Shown one piece after another: positions 10,313 to 19,392 of a stretch of DNA of 64,000 nucleotides. Numbering within the stretch: the first letter of the stretch is position 1; the number at the start of each line of letters is the position of its first letter. The notes under the pieces were generated by a model, which made no database searches, was not told the DNA's origin, and worked only from the letters and a program-made list of their open reading frames with translations. A program made the position numbers and the translations under genes. The stretch is from positions 96,001-160,000 of the forward strand of contig CAXXXF010000015.1 in NCBI GenBank assembly GCA_963667175.2, in the 5' to 3' direction. This DNA comes from Candidatus Latescibacterota bacterium (GTDB taxonomy: Bacteria; Latescibacterota; UBA2968; GCA-2709665).

Positions 10313-11032
10313 CTACTCCCCAAAGTCTTCGATTACTTCCCGGATGTAGTCTCGCAGCCAGTGGATCGGCTCGTGATGTGACTCCAATACGTCCCGCAAG
10401 TCTCGGTCGCCCCACCATTCTGCCGCTTGTACTGCGGCGTCTCGAATTTCCGCACTCTCCATTCCCAACCCGTCGCGTACGAGTTCTGTGCGCCACAACG
10501 CTGATCCCGGATATTCCTGGCGAGCCAGGCATCGCAGCACTTCAGCGGAGAAGGTCTGATGCTCGGCGTCCAAAGAGAGTTCTCTCAACCACTCAAGAGC
10601 CAGTTCGCTTTCCGTGGACTGCAATGCATCACGGATGACTTGCTCCGCTGGATGATACATCCCGTCCTCTAGAGGCTCGGACTCGAAGGCCGCCCACAAT
10701 GCGGACGAAAGTCGCTCTCTTGCTTGATCCTCTCCTTGTTGAGGTTTGACTTGTGCAAAGCAAACTTCATCCACGAGCATCGGAAAGAGCTCAGCATTCC
10801 ACAACGTATCAGTTGCATCCGCCGAGAGCCGCTTTAGGTACAGGTCGTAAGCCAGTTCCACCGTCGCTCTTTGCAATGACACAATATCTGACGAAGTCGC
10901 AAGCGACTCTTTACCGTAGTCGAGCCAGCGTATAACGTAATTGGACCCGCTCGATGGGTCCATCGGAGGAAGGAAATTTGGTACAAAGTCCGATGGCGTG
11001 GAACCCACAGAAGAGTGAGTTTCAAGCAGCAT
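10313..11032 (-). CDS. Hypothetical protein with helical (HEAT-like) C-terminal region
   Basis: 239-aa ORF overlapping the TIGR04255 stop; EIRDAAVQAAEWWG...WLRDYIREVIEDF. Confidence 0.7.
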   Translation of the reverse strand: MLLETHSSVGSTPSDFVPNFLPPMDPSSGSNYVIRWLDYGKESLATSSDIVSLQRATVELAYDLYLKRLSADATDTLWNAELFPMLVDEVCFAQVKPQQGEDQARERLSSALWAAFESEPLEDGMYHPAEQVIRDALQSTESELALEWLRELSLDAEHQTFSAEVLRCLARQEYPGSALWRTELVRDGLGMESAEIRDAAVQAAEWWGDRDLRDVLESHHEPIHWLRDYIREVIEDFGE

Positions 11033-11792
11033 TAAAGACCTCCCTTGCTTTATCGGTTATCACCGATTCAAATGCCGTTCGCTCCCGGTCCCGCAAATAA
11101 CCTGCCTTCAACAATGCCTCATCTTGCGATATCGCGTCCTCACTCTCCCATATGACGTCGAGATCGAGAAGAAATCCTACGTGATCCTGTGGAGCATTGA
11201 TTGATCCCTGAGACAAGACAATGCGTACATCATCTTCGTATGCATAGTCAACGCGACTCATAAAATGGTTCAATCGATCTGGGAAACCACTCACAACAGG
11301 CAGGGCACATTTGAGGTATCTTTCGACCGCAACCGCCTTCTGTGGAATGATAATCTTGTTTAGGTATCGAATGCCGATCCGGCACACGCCAATAGGCTCC
11401 GCGACCTTCCAATATGCGTCGAGCGCCGCTGAAATCCGGGGCCGAAATTCGTCCCAACCGCGACGGCCAAGATTGCGAGGATCCTGGTAAGGGCGTAACA
11501 TGTGAACGCTGAGGACGTCTTTGCCGACGCCAACCTGACGTTTGCCATTCGGTGTAATGAGTTGGACCTTAGCCGGCCCTGAATCGTAACTCATTCTCGG
11601 CGGCTGTCCCTCCTCGGCATTCAACGCGATGTTAACGACCTTCTGCTCCTGCGGTTTGCCACTATATTCATCGCTCAGCCTAATGTGGAGTTTGCCAGGA
11701 ATCGTGAGATCCCACTCCCGACCCGGAAGAAAACGAAACTCACAGAGCGCTTCCTCAATAGGTGGATTCCTGTAGCGACGTCGTTCGTTCAT
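11022..11792 (-). CDS. TIGR04255 family protein
   Basis: YRNPPIEEALCEFRF, RIGIRYLNKI, FLLDLD and FESVITDKAREVF are characteristic of the family. Confidence 0.85.
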   Translation of the reverse strand: MNERRRYRNPPIEEALCEFRFLPGREWDLTIPGKLHIRLSDEYSGKPQEQKVVNIALNAEEGQPPRMSYDSGPAKVQLITPNGKRQVGVGKDVLSVHMLRPYQDPRNLGRRGWDEFRPRISAALDAYWKVAEPIGVCRIGIRYLNKIIIPQKAVAVERYLKCALPVVSGFPDRLNHFMSRVDYAYEDDVRIVLSQGSINAPQDHVGFLLDLDVIWESEDAISQDEALLKAGYLRDRERTAFESVITDKAREVFNAA

Positions 11793-12313
11793 CGGAATCT
11801 CTCCGCGAAAGGGATTTCAACTCCTCTTGAAGTTTGAACGCCTAACGACGTCAAATGCTCCTTACATTTCCCTAACAGTGTTGCTCCAAGTTCGCCGCCT
11901 CCGGCAAGCACGCGACGTATCGGCCGGATCGGATCTGCCGGTTTGGCATTACTAATGCTCGTCCCGTTGACGAATGTACGATCGGGCACAAGTTGCTACA
12001 GGAGCAATGTTTCCCCGCTCTTGCCGTGGTCCGAGCAGGCGGACCGCCGACCTGTTGACCAAAGCTTCCAGGATTACCGGTTCCGGCAAGCGGGAGTAGG
12101 GAGCGATTGGCGTCCAATACTCGGTTACATGACCGGCGAATTGCCGGTTGCCGGAGCGTGTAATTTTAGAGTGTCGGCGACGTGTCAATCTAAGGTATCG
12201 GGGAGCCAAGATCAAGAGACGAGTCTGTAGGGGCGGGTCGAATAGTGCTACAATACATTGCGATCGTTCCACCATCCTGAGGCGTTCGACTCTGCCACTG
12301 TCGCACTTTCACG

Positions 12314-12587
12314 TCGCAATCACTCCCCCCTTGAGGGGGAGTCGCCTGCCTGCGCCAAGCGGAGCGCCTGCCTGCCGCGGGAAGCGCAGCGGCGCAGGCA
12401 GGCGGCAGGCAGGCAGAAGCCGAGCCGGTCCCAGAGGCTGCGGTCCCTGAGCTTGTCGAAGGGGCCGACGACGGCTGATGCGGTGGGGGGATTGTGCTCT
12501 TTACCGTATGCAATCCAGGTCCTGGATGCTAGTCATTTCGCAACTGGAATTGCAAAAGACCCCGAAATGATCGCTTATCGGAGTCTC
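12314..12587. repeat. Composite palindromic repeat R2 containing nested CCTGCCTG..CAGGCAGG elements
   Basis: CACTCCCCCCTTGAGGGGGAGT, nested palindromes 12345-12413, CCTGAGCTTGTCGAAGG, GATGCGGTGGGGGG, and a tail shared with 9646-9710. Confidence 0.8.
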
Positions 12588-12855
12588 CCATAGAGCAACG
12601 GAACCTGTTATTGCGGCAGAGGAGGTTGGATTCGGTCTGGACGTCATTAACGATTCCACTTATCGTTCATCGCCTGGAGGCGGCCTTCTCTGGATGACAG
12701 TTTCGCCGAAGGTGTGGGCTTAGCGTCTCGCCAATGGGTATCGCAACACATGTCATTCTGAGCGTCATCGAAGATTGCCTAACAACGCGTGGTCATTGAG
12801 CTTGTCGAAATGCCCGCATTCAGGCAGCCCCAGCGACGCGCAATTTTAAATGCAC

Positions 12856-12889
12856 TTGACATCATATGATTTATGAGTCATATTATAAT
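12856..12889 (+). promoter_or_regulatory. Promoter/operator of the HigBA-like locus
   Basis: TTGACA at 12856, inverted repeat ATATGA-N8-TCATAT at 12864-12883, TATAAT at 12884. The 22-bp spacing is too long, so the two hexamers may not pair. Confidence 0.5.
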
Positions 12890-12891
12890 GT

Positions 12892-13107
12892 GTGAACTGG
12901 AAAGTCGATTTCCATCCGGTTACTATGCATGGAGGAGTCTGGCGGGTAGCATTTGCTTTTGATCCTGAACGCAAGGCCATACGACTGGTTGCCGGCGATA
13001 AATCGGGAGCCGGTGAACCGCGGTTCTACCAGCAACTGATCAGGAAGGCAGATCACCGTTTCGATCTGCATCTTGATCGGTTGACGGCAGAGAGGAGGAC
13101 AAAATGA
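12892..13107 (+). pseudogene. RelE/HigB (Gp49-like) toxin with internal in-frame deletion
   Basis: MNWKVDFH joins directly to GGVWRVAFAFDPERKAIRLVAGDKSG; the central segment normally present in this family is missing (71 aa). Confidence 0.75.
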
Positions 13108-13430
13108 GTACTCTGACAGACAGAGTGGACAAGCTGCCCCCGTCCCGACGGAAGAAAATCGAAGAACGGGCCCGGGCTCTGATCGCCGAAGAGATGTCGT
13201 TACGAGATTTGCGTAAGGCTCGAAAACATACGCAGGCGCGGGTCGCCAGGAAGCTCGGGATCAATCAGGAGAACGTGTCCCGCCTTGAACGGCGCAGTGA
13301 TCTGTTGATTTCCACCCTCAGCGGCTATGTCGAGGCTATGGGCGGGAAATTGAGTCTGGTGGCGGAGTTTCCGGACCGACCGCCGGTGGCACTGACGGGC
13401 ATTGCGTCACTCGACGACTTTTCGGAGTGA
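13104..13430 (+). CDS. XRE-family HTH antitoxin (HigA-like)
   Basis: SLRDLRKARKHTQARVARKLGINQENVSRLERRSDLLISTLSGYVEAMGG; ATGA overlap with the toxin. Confidence 0.9.
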   Translation: MSTLTDRVDKLPPSRRKKIEERARALIAEEMSLRDLRKARKHTQARVARKLGINQENVSRLERRSDLLISTLSGYVEAMGGKLSLVAEFPDRPPVALTGIASLDDFSE

Positions 13431-13794
13431 CCGGTAATCAACGGCGCGTCATTGCGAATGGGTTTGCACGGTATCGGGTAAATCGGTTAACCCGAAGTTT
13501 GCGTCCGTGTTGCGCACTTTCCTACGGGCGTTAAAATGGCCCCAACAAATCGCGTCGGGGCCTCATCGACTGTTTCTTTCTGTCAAATCCTGAGGGTCAC
13601 CTCAGGTTCTCCGGGTCGGGAGTCATCCCTTCCGCCCAATATTCGCAGTTCGTGGCTGCCAGTTGAATCATACCCAATTCTGGGTCCCGATGCAAGACCA
13701 AATGTCGAGGGTAAAGGCCTTACGAGGCTTCGGATTACGCAACTCCCCGACGGGCTGTTCACAAAACCGTACAAATACATCGGTCAGTTTCATA

Positions 13795-14081
13795 CAGGAG
13801 TTTCAGAATCTGGTTCGTGAACCTGGTCCGGTCCCTTCTGGCTACCGATGCCATAAACGTTCCTATTGCCTTTTCTGCCAGGCAGTTACGCAGCATTTCG
13901 ACCTGGCGCCGACCTTGCCCCGACTCTTGCTTGGCCCGGTTCGGGTTCCCACCTCTGAGGTCGGCCTGTGGATCCTTGTCGTTACCCACGACTCCGACTC
14001 ATCAATCAGCGGCTCAGCCACTCCGTGTTCACGGCACAGATCTCGGATTCTCCGGATGCCGGAAACCGATCCTCTCGACCG
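13795..14081 (-). pseudogene. Fragment of a second RecG-C-like gene
   Basis: 13922-14081 aligns with 2738-2897 (GIRRIRDLCREHGVAEPLI). Confidence 0.8.
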
Positions 14082-14120
14082 GCTCGCTACGACGATGAGG
14101 AGACCGCTGTGAGGGTGGGG

Positions 14121-14215
14121 CCTGCCTGCGCCTGCCTGTCCCGTTGGAACGGCAGACAGGCCAAGCGGAGCGCCTGCCGCGGGAAGCGCAGCGGCGCAGG
14201 CAGGCGGCAGGCAGG
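14121..14215. repeat. Doubly nested CCTGCCTG..CAGGCAGG palindromes
   Basis: Outer element as at 12345, with inner elements at 14131-14160 and 14173-14204. Confidence 0.85.
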
Positions 14216-14340
14216 CAGACATTCCTGTCTGCCTGCCTTACCGGTTCTTACTGTCATGAAGCCGACTGAAACAACGCTCCCGTCGCAAAATGAGTCCACA
14301 GACTCCGCGCTGATCCGTTGAACACCGTCATCGCCAGGAC

Positions 14341-14470
14341 CGACGCGCGGTTCCTGTTGTAGGGGCGGTTCGCGAACCGCCCTTGCTCAAGCCGGTCTCA
14401 GAGCTTGTCGAAGGGGCGGGCGACGGTGGTGGGGGGTTTCAATGGCTTACCGAATGCAATCAGGGTCTCG
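14341..14470. repeat. Composite repeat R3 with GTAG-family REP
   Basis: GTAGGGGCGGTTCGCGAACCGCCC at 14359, then GAGCTTGTCGAAGG and GGTGGGGGG. Confidence 0.8.
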
Positions 14471-14666
14471 TTCCAGGCGCTTTCGTCAGACGTCGCCCAA
14501 GAGGTTTATTTGCTCGTGGCAAAATACCTCGAAATTCGAACAAATACAATCGGTGAAATAGAAACACCCTCCTGGAACGGAGGGTGCTTATGTGTCGGGA
14601 CGTATGCAGGTGTTTCAAGTAAAGCACAGGGGTCTCGCAAATGGCACAAAAGCATAAGATGGTATT

Positions 14667-14696
14667 GAAAATGCCGAGATCCTGGAGGATCTCGGC
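14667..14696 (-). terminator. Probable intrinsic terminator after the Panacea operon
   Basis: GCCGAGATCC-N4-GGATCTCGGC 10-bp stem followed by ATTTTC on the minus strand. Confidence 0.55.
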
Positions 14697-14720
14697 TAAG
14701 GTTTGTGAGTACTTGTACGA

Positions 14721-15092
14721 TTACGCTTGATTGTAGAGTTCAATAAGATATCTCGGTGTTTTTGGCGAATTAACGAGCCCCAATTGAATGCGTTCAAGAA
14801 CTTCAGGTTGTACAGCGTCCTGTGTTTTCACCCTACGAAATGCTAAAGCTACTTTACAGTATTCGAGACTTTCGGCGAGTCTGTAGTTAATATATGATTT
14901 ATGACTGATAAACGGATGGTCGCCAACACACAAAATCGTCGTCTCATCGCAATTAGAGTACCAGGAATTGACGTTGACAACTATGACATTTTTCTTGTCA
15001 CCCAAAGGTTCGGAAATTACAATGAATAAATGGGGTTTGTTACTGTAAAATGTGTCATGTAAAATTGCCGCGCTGCCTGGTTTCAGACACAT
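14721..15092 (-). CDS. Putative toxin (MazF/PemK-like pattern) paired with the Panacea antitoxin
   Basis: PGSA...KPHLFIVIS...VIVVNVNS...GDHPFISHKSYINY...LERIQLG; overlaps the Panacea gene stop. Confidence 0.6.
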   Translation of the reverse strand: MCLKPGSAAILHDTFYSNKPHLFIVISEPLGDKKNVIVVNVNSWYSNCDETTILCVGDHPFISHKSYINYRLAESLEYCKVALAFRRVKTQDAVQPEVLERIQLGLVNSPKTPRYLIELYNQA

Positions 15093-15664
15093 ATTGCCTG
15101 GCCGAATATCCTCTCATGGCAAACCTGGGTATGTAGTTCTTCAACTGCTGATTTGAATTGTTCTTCATCATCCATTACGGCATTCAGGATACTATTGATC
15201 GTAATGGGTAAAGAACTACCTTTCGGATCTTCATACTCTGCGAATTTATGTGTGATTTCGCAGAGAGTATCGAAATCCAATTTTCCGTAAATCTCATAGA
15301 GCTCCTGGGCAAGTTCCTCTTCCGCCCTCGACATCAGTCCAAAATCCGGCTTTTCCGTTTTAAGAAAAATGGTGTTATTCTTGCGCTCGTGGAAATATTC
15401 ATTCCAGAGTGGATCTTCTATTTCGCCTTTCAATATATCATAAGTCTTACTCACAACAGGACCAAAAGGCATCGAAACGTATGAATCAAACGTCACTGCG
15501 TGACACCATCTTTTATAGGCTTCTCTGTCCATTATATAAAGCAGTTTGATCAATGTATACATATCCAATTTGCCGCCCGCCAGTTGAACCAGATAAGCAG
15601 CCACCACACAAGTCTTGTCGGAATTAAATTTCGGTGGAATTATCGTCATTATAAAATACCCCAA
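15083..15664 (-). CDS. Panacea (DUF4065/SocA-like) antitoxin
   Basis: LIKLLYIMDRE...TFDSYVSMPFGPVVSKTYD...LCEITHKFAEY. Confidence 0.85.
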   Translation of the reverse strand: MGYFIMTIIPPKFNSDKTCVVAAYLVQLAGGKLDMYTLIKLLYIMDREAYKRWCHAVTFDSYVSMPFGPVVSKTYDILKGEIEDPLWNEYFHERKNNTIFLKTEKPDFGLMSRAEEELAQELYEIYGKLDFDTLCEITHKFAEYEDPKGSSLPITINSILNAVMDDEEQFKSAVEELHTQVCHERIFGQAICV

Positions 15665-15844
15665 TTGTCGGCCGATATTTCCGAGTGGATTGGAACTTCA
15701 TCTCACATCAGGAATATATTTAATAATGAAAAATTGGGCAATGGCTAATCTCGGGACACCCATCTTCTCGTTATTTTGACGAGAAGAAAAGAGGTTCATC
15801 ACGTCACAAAGCCGACAAATGCAGACAGCAGTTTCGCCAAATAT

Positions 15845-16195
15845 CCTTGAAATCCGCTTCCGTCTTCAGACCTCGGCATCGCCGGGACCGACGCGGGGTC
15901 TTTGTTGTAGGGGCGGTTCGCGAACCGCCCTTGCGTGAGCCGGTCCGTGATCCTGCATTATAGAAGCAGCGAGAATCAGAATTGACATATCTCGCGTAAA
16001 GATTCGCTGTAAGATCCCAGGGAGGAAGAGCCGCCTAACGACAAACCGCGATGACGTCACCCTGTGGAGGCATTCGCCACCGGCTGTCACGCACTCACAT
16101 CGCAATCACTCCCCCCTTGAGGGGGAGTCACCTGCCTGCATTGAGCTTGTCGAAATGTCGAAGGGATGTCGACGGCTGATGCGGTGGGGGGACTC
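15845..16195. repeat. Short DUF488 scar plus split composite repeat R4
   Basis: 15845-15887 matches 8570-8612; REP at 15907-15930; CACTCCCCCCTTGAGGGGGAGT...GATGCGGTGGGGGG at 16108-16191. Confidence 0.75.
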
Positions 16196-16240
16196 AATTG
16201 TTACCAGGTGGCCTGATTAGGCCGATCCTGCGTTGGACGC

Positions 16241-16269
16241 AAAGGACCGCCCGAGAGGTCGGTCTTTTT
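16241..16269. terminator. Probable terminator hairpin after the hicA-like gene
   Basis: AAAGGACCG...CGGTCTTTTT. Confidence 0.45.
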
Positions 16270-16282
16270 GGCGTTTATCTTT

Positions 16283-16608
16283 TTATTCTGTGTGGGTTGG
16301 AGATTCGAGAGAAGGTTTTTTCGCTTTGTCTTTCTTCTTCCTCTTGAAATGTTTCCCTTTAAGGAAGCCGAGACGTATGAGGTCTTCCTCTGTCCATCCA
16401 ATTTGGCGACACAGTATATCTTCTATTAGCCCTATACTGTCGTACGGTTTTGGATGAACGTGAACTGTAACTCGTCTTCCGTCTTTAACGAAAGCTTGTC
16501 GTGCGCTTCTTGTAAATTGGCGATCCCAATTGTCACTTTTAAGACCCTTGACTATATTTTTTTAGTAATGCTTCCAAGCTGTTGTCTGGCATCTTTGGAA
16601 TAGGCCAT
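16283..16608 (-). pseudogene. HicA-like toxin frameshifted in an A7 run
   Basis: Not in the ORF track. MAYSKDARQQLGSITKK continues, with one more A at 16557-16563, as NIVKGLKSDNW...KDGRRVTVHVHPK...IGWTEEDLIRLG. Confidence 0.75.
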
Positions 16609-16952
16609 TTGGCGGTCGCCCAGTCTTGTGAGGAGTGTTTATTCTTGGGCATCTCGACGACCTGTCCTCCGCCAAATGCCACTGGTGTTCCGTCGACTTT
16701 TACAATACAGTCAGGTCCCGCCGGAATAGGCAAACCGTCCCTACAGAGGGACTCAAAGTAAAAGAAAATACCTTCCGTCAGACGAGATTCGAGCTGCTCT
16801 TCTGAATTTCCGACCTCAAGGAGACCGGGGAGCGCAGGACATGTAGCCCAGTATTCTCCGGTTTTTGGATCGTGCTTTATCTCTCTCCTGACGGCAATTG
16901 TGAGGACAGGTATCTTCGGTTTCGTACTACGCAAAAAGGAAAATGGTCTCAT
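16539..16952 (-). CDS. HicB-family antitoxin
   Basis: GEYWATCPALPGLLEVGNSEEQLESRLTEGIFFYFESLCRDGLPIP. Confidence 0.85.
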   Translation of the reverse strand: MRPFSFLRSTKPKIPVLTIAVRREIKHDPKTGEYWATCPALPGLLEVGNSEEQLESRLTEGIFFYFESLCRDGLPIPAGPDCIVKVDGTPVAFGGGQVVEMPKNKHSSQDWATAKWPIPKMPDNSLEALLKKYSQGS

Positions 16953-17229
16953 GGCCGTCCCCTATCCTCTGGTAAAAGTGAATGTTTGAACAGGGGAAGG
17001 CCTACCCGCGGTACCTATGCAGCGGCCTATACAGCGTCCAACATGTTCAAATAGTATTCGCATGGGGAGGTACCGTTAGAAGTAACATAGTATCCGCGGG
17101 TGTCAATAGGAAAAAGCGCCAGGGCGAAACTAAACATCGAGGGAGGATCTATGGGGTATGCTTGGTAGGTGTTGTAGTTGGATGTTATTTTGCTTGACTC
17201 TTAGCTAATTTTCTAATTTTTCGGCCAGG

Positions 17230-17420
17230 AAGAGATACGCGTCAATACCTGGCAATACTGATACATATCGGACCTCGGGTTTGCCATGTCCTCCCCTCCT
17301 GACTGTCAGGGAGACAGACAGAAGGTAGATGCGTTGCCGGAAAGTCCAAGACCTTTGTCGTATCCCAGGTGGCCTGATTAAGGCGATCCTGCAGCGACCG
17401 CAGATGGGTGATCATAGACA
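17230..17420 (-). mobile_element. IS21-family left end with 5' stub of istA
   Basis: TGTCTATGATCACC terminus at 17420, internal GATC-containing repeats, stub MANPRSDMYQYCQVL; homologous to 22740-22947. Confidence 0.65.
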
Positions 17421-17971
17421 ACGTATCATGCGTCGTCGTCTGCCGGCGGACGGTTCAGGGGGATGCCCAGGATCTCGGAGGCTTGTTCTTGGATCTCGAG
17501 GATGGTGTTCGCCTGTTCCAACCGTCGCCGCAGCCGCGCGTTTTCCTTGCGCAGTTGCTCGTTCTCGACGGCGACCTTGTCACGACGACGCCCCTTGGGT
17601 CCCCGCGGCTTGGATAGCGCCTTGAGCGACCCCTCTCGACGCGCGCGACGCCACTGGGTCAACTGCGAGGAATACAGTCCCTCGCGGCGCAGCAGCGCGC
17701 CGACTTCACCAGGGGCCTGGCAAGCGTCCGCCTCTTCCAGGATGCGAAGCTTGTACTTTGCCGTGAACCGACGACGCTTCGCGCGCGCCGGCGCCTCCGG
17801 ATCCGGCCTCGTGGTTGAGGAGGTCCCGCACGGGACCTCCTCAACCAGAGACCCCTTGCTGCCGTTGTCTCCAACATCGATTCTTGACCTCATCTCCTGT
17901 TCTCCTCTCCGCCCAATATACGACATTAAACTCGGAGGGGGAGTTGTCTCACCCTATATTGGCACGTAGGG
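17421..17971 (-). mobile_element. Partial IS3 (left end + orfA), copy 2
   Basis: Homologous to 7130-7681; orfA 17426-17893 intact; orfB replaced by the IS21 end. Confidence 0.9.
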
Positions 17972-18275
17972 GTCAATGCACTCCCAACGTGAATAAGAAA
18001 ACCAACTACGATAATTTCCCACTCTTGCAATTGGGTAAGGAATACCCTATATTGATACGGTACCGCTCCATTTCCTTGTTGTCAAACCCTTGTCAAGAGC
18101 GAATTTTAGCCTAGATACCGCCTCGTTATAACATCCCAGAGGCAAAACCGAAAGGGATTGGACATGGAGTTCACTACGGGATTAGCGATATTTTTAGGTG
18201 TCCAAGTAGTTATTGTGATTTTTTGGAGTTTAAGGAATATTCGTAAACTAAAGAAAGTGGCAGGAGAGTCCAATA

Positions 18276-18730
18276 ATGATGAAGCTACCGAACAGAATAA
18301 GACGGTGGTTACGAAAACTAGCTAAACTAATAGAGCGTCTTTTCATTCCTCTAAATGTAGGTCTCGCTGGTGGCTTAATTCCTACAAATATAAATGTAGT
18401 ATTCATTCGAGATCTTTCTTAACTGTCAGTACCATACTAATTACAATTTTGGTCGCGGGAATAGCTATTGTATCTACTGCTCCCACTACTACTGATCACA
18501 TTGATAAATTGCGCAATTGTTTTTATGTTTTGGCCAGCTACTTGTATGTTTCTTTTGCGGTGTATGTGTTCGTCGGACCTCAAGCATATGTTGAACCGAC
18601 ACCCCCACCTTCAGGTTTTGAATTTTACTTTGTCCTTTTCTTTTTTGGTATCACCATACTAATGATGCAACAAATCAAAGCAGTGACTCAATCCTTATTG
18701 GAGAACGCATATCGTCAGAGCAGTAGATAA
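18276..18730 (+). pseudogene. Low-GC hypothetical membrane protein, probably frameshifted
   Basis: Hydrophobic ORF pieces in two frames (MMKLPNRIRRWLRKL... and ...LVAGIAIV...FYFVLFFFGITILMM). Confidence 0.35.
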
Positions 18731-18980
18731 TCTTAGAAAAAACTGTCTCAAGTACAACAAGCCCAGGGTTCGAAAACCCTGGGCGATTTCATTTCCGGCG
18801 GCGCAATTCGCACCAAATCTCCCTCTGACGATCTTAAATCGCCACATTTGTGATCGGTAGCCTCGCAAACTTCGTGAGCCGAGTAGGGTGTATCAAGGAC
18901 GGACCAACCCGAGACCAAGAAGCCTACGTTCATTATTTCTCAGGGTCTTGTCGTCACGGTAACTCTTTGCTCCTCAACGT

Positions 18981-19205
18981 CTATCCATCCTCCAAAACCC
19001 CCGCCACCCGCTTTATGACCAGTGGGAGATCCTTTTTCTTCAACAGGAAGCCCCAAGGCTTACTGCTCCGCTGACGATTATACTGCAACATTAAGACCAC
19101 GATTTCTGGCTGATCTTCCAAAACAACCAGCTGTACATCCTCTACGACTAGTTCATCGGTATTCCCGCGCCGCCGACATTGTTGCTTAAATTCAAACGAG
19201 TTCAA
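18981..19205 (-). CDS. Small hypothetical protein
   Basis: 74-aa ORF with plausible composition; no family recognised. Confidence 0.3.
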   Translation of the reverse strand: MNSFEFKQQCRRRGNTDELVVEDVQLVVLEDQPEIVVLMLQYNRQRSSKPWGFLLKKKDLPLVIKRVAGVLEDG

Positions 19206-19392
19206 AACGGCCCCCTATGTGACGATGTTTGGTAGCGGTGGCAGTATAACGAAAAACGCCTTTCGGATCAAAGGCGGCTTTTGTTGGCGGATAAATACCA
19301 TAATACATCACCACCCGCGCTGTACACCTATCCCTAAAGCGCGCTGACAAGCCTTATGTACTACTACGCTTACCTTATTGTCAATTGCTGGC

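Noticed and set aside
11789-12150. Fourth gene upstream of TIGR04255
   Set aside because: There is an ATGA overlap, but only short broken frames with no recognisable family; possibly a remnant.
13440-13790. Possible gene fragment
   Set aside because: No frame gave a recognisable protein.
9468-16195. Classical integron with attC sites
   Set aside because: GCCTAAC occurs (about 11840, 12777, 16033) but without a paired GTTRRRY and attC-like hairpin; no tyrosine integrase in the window.
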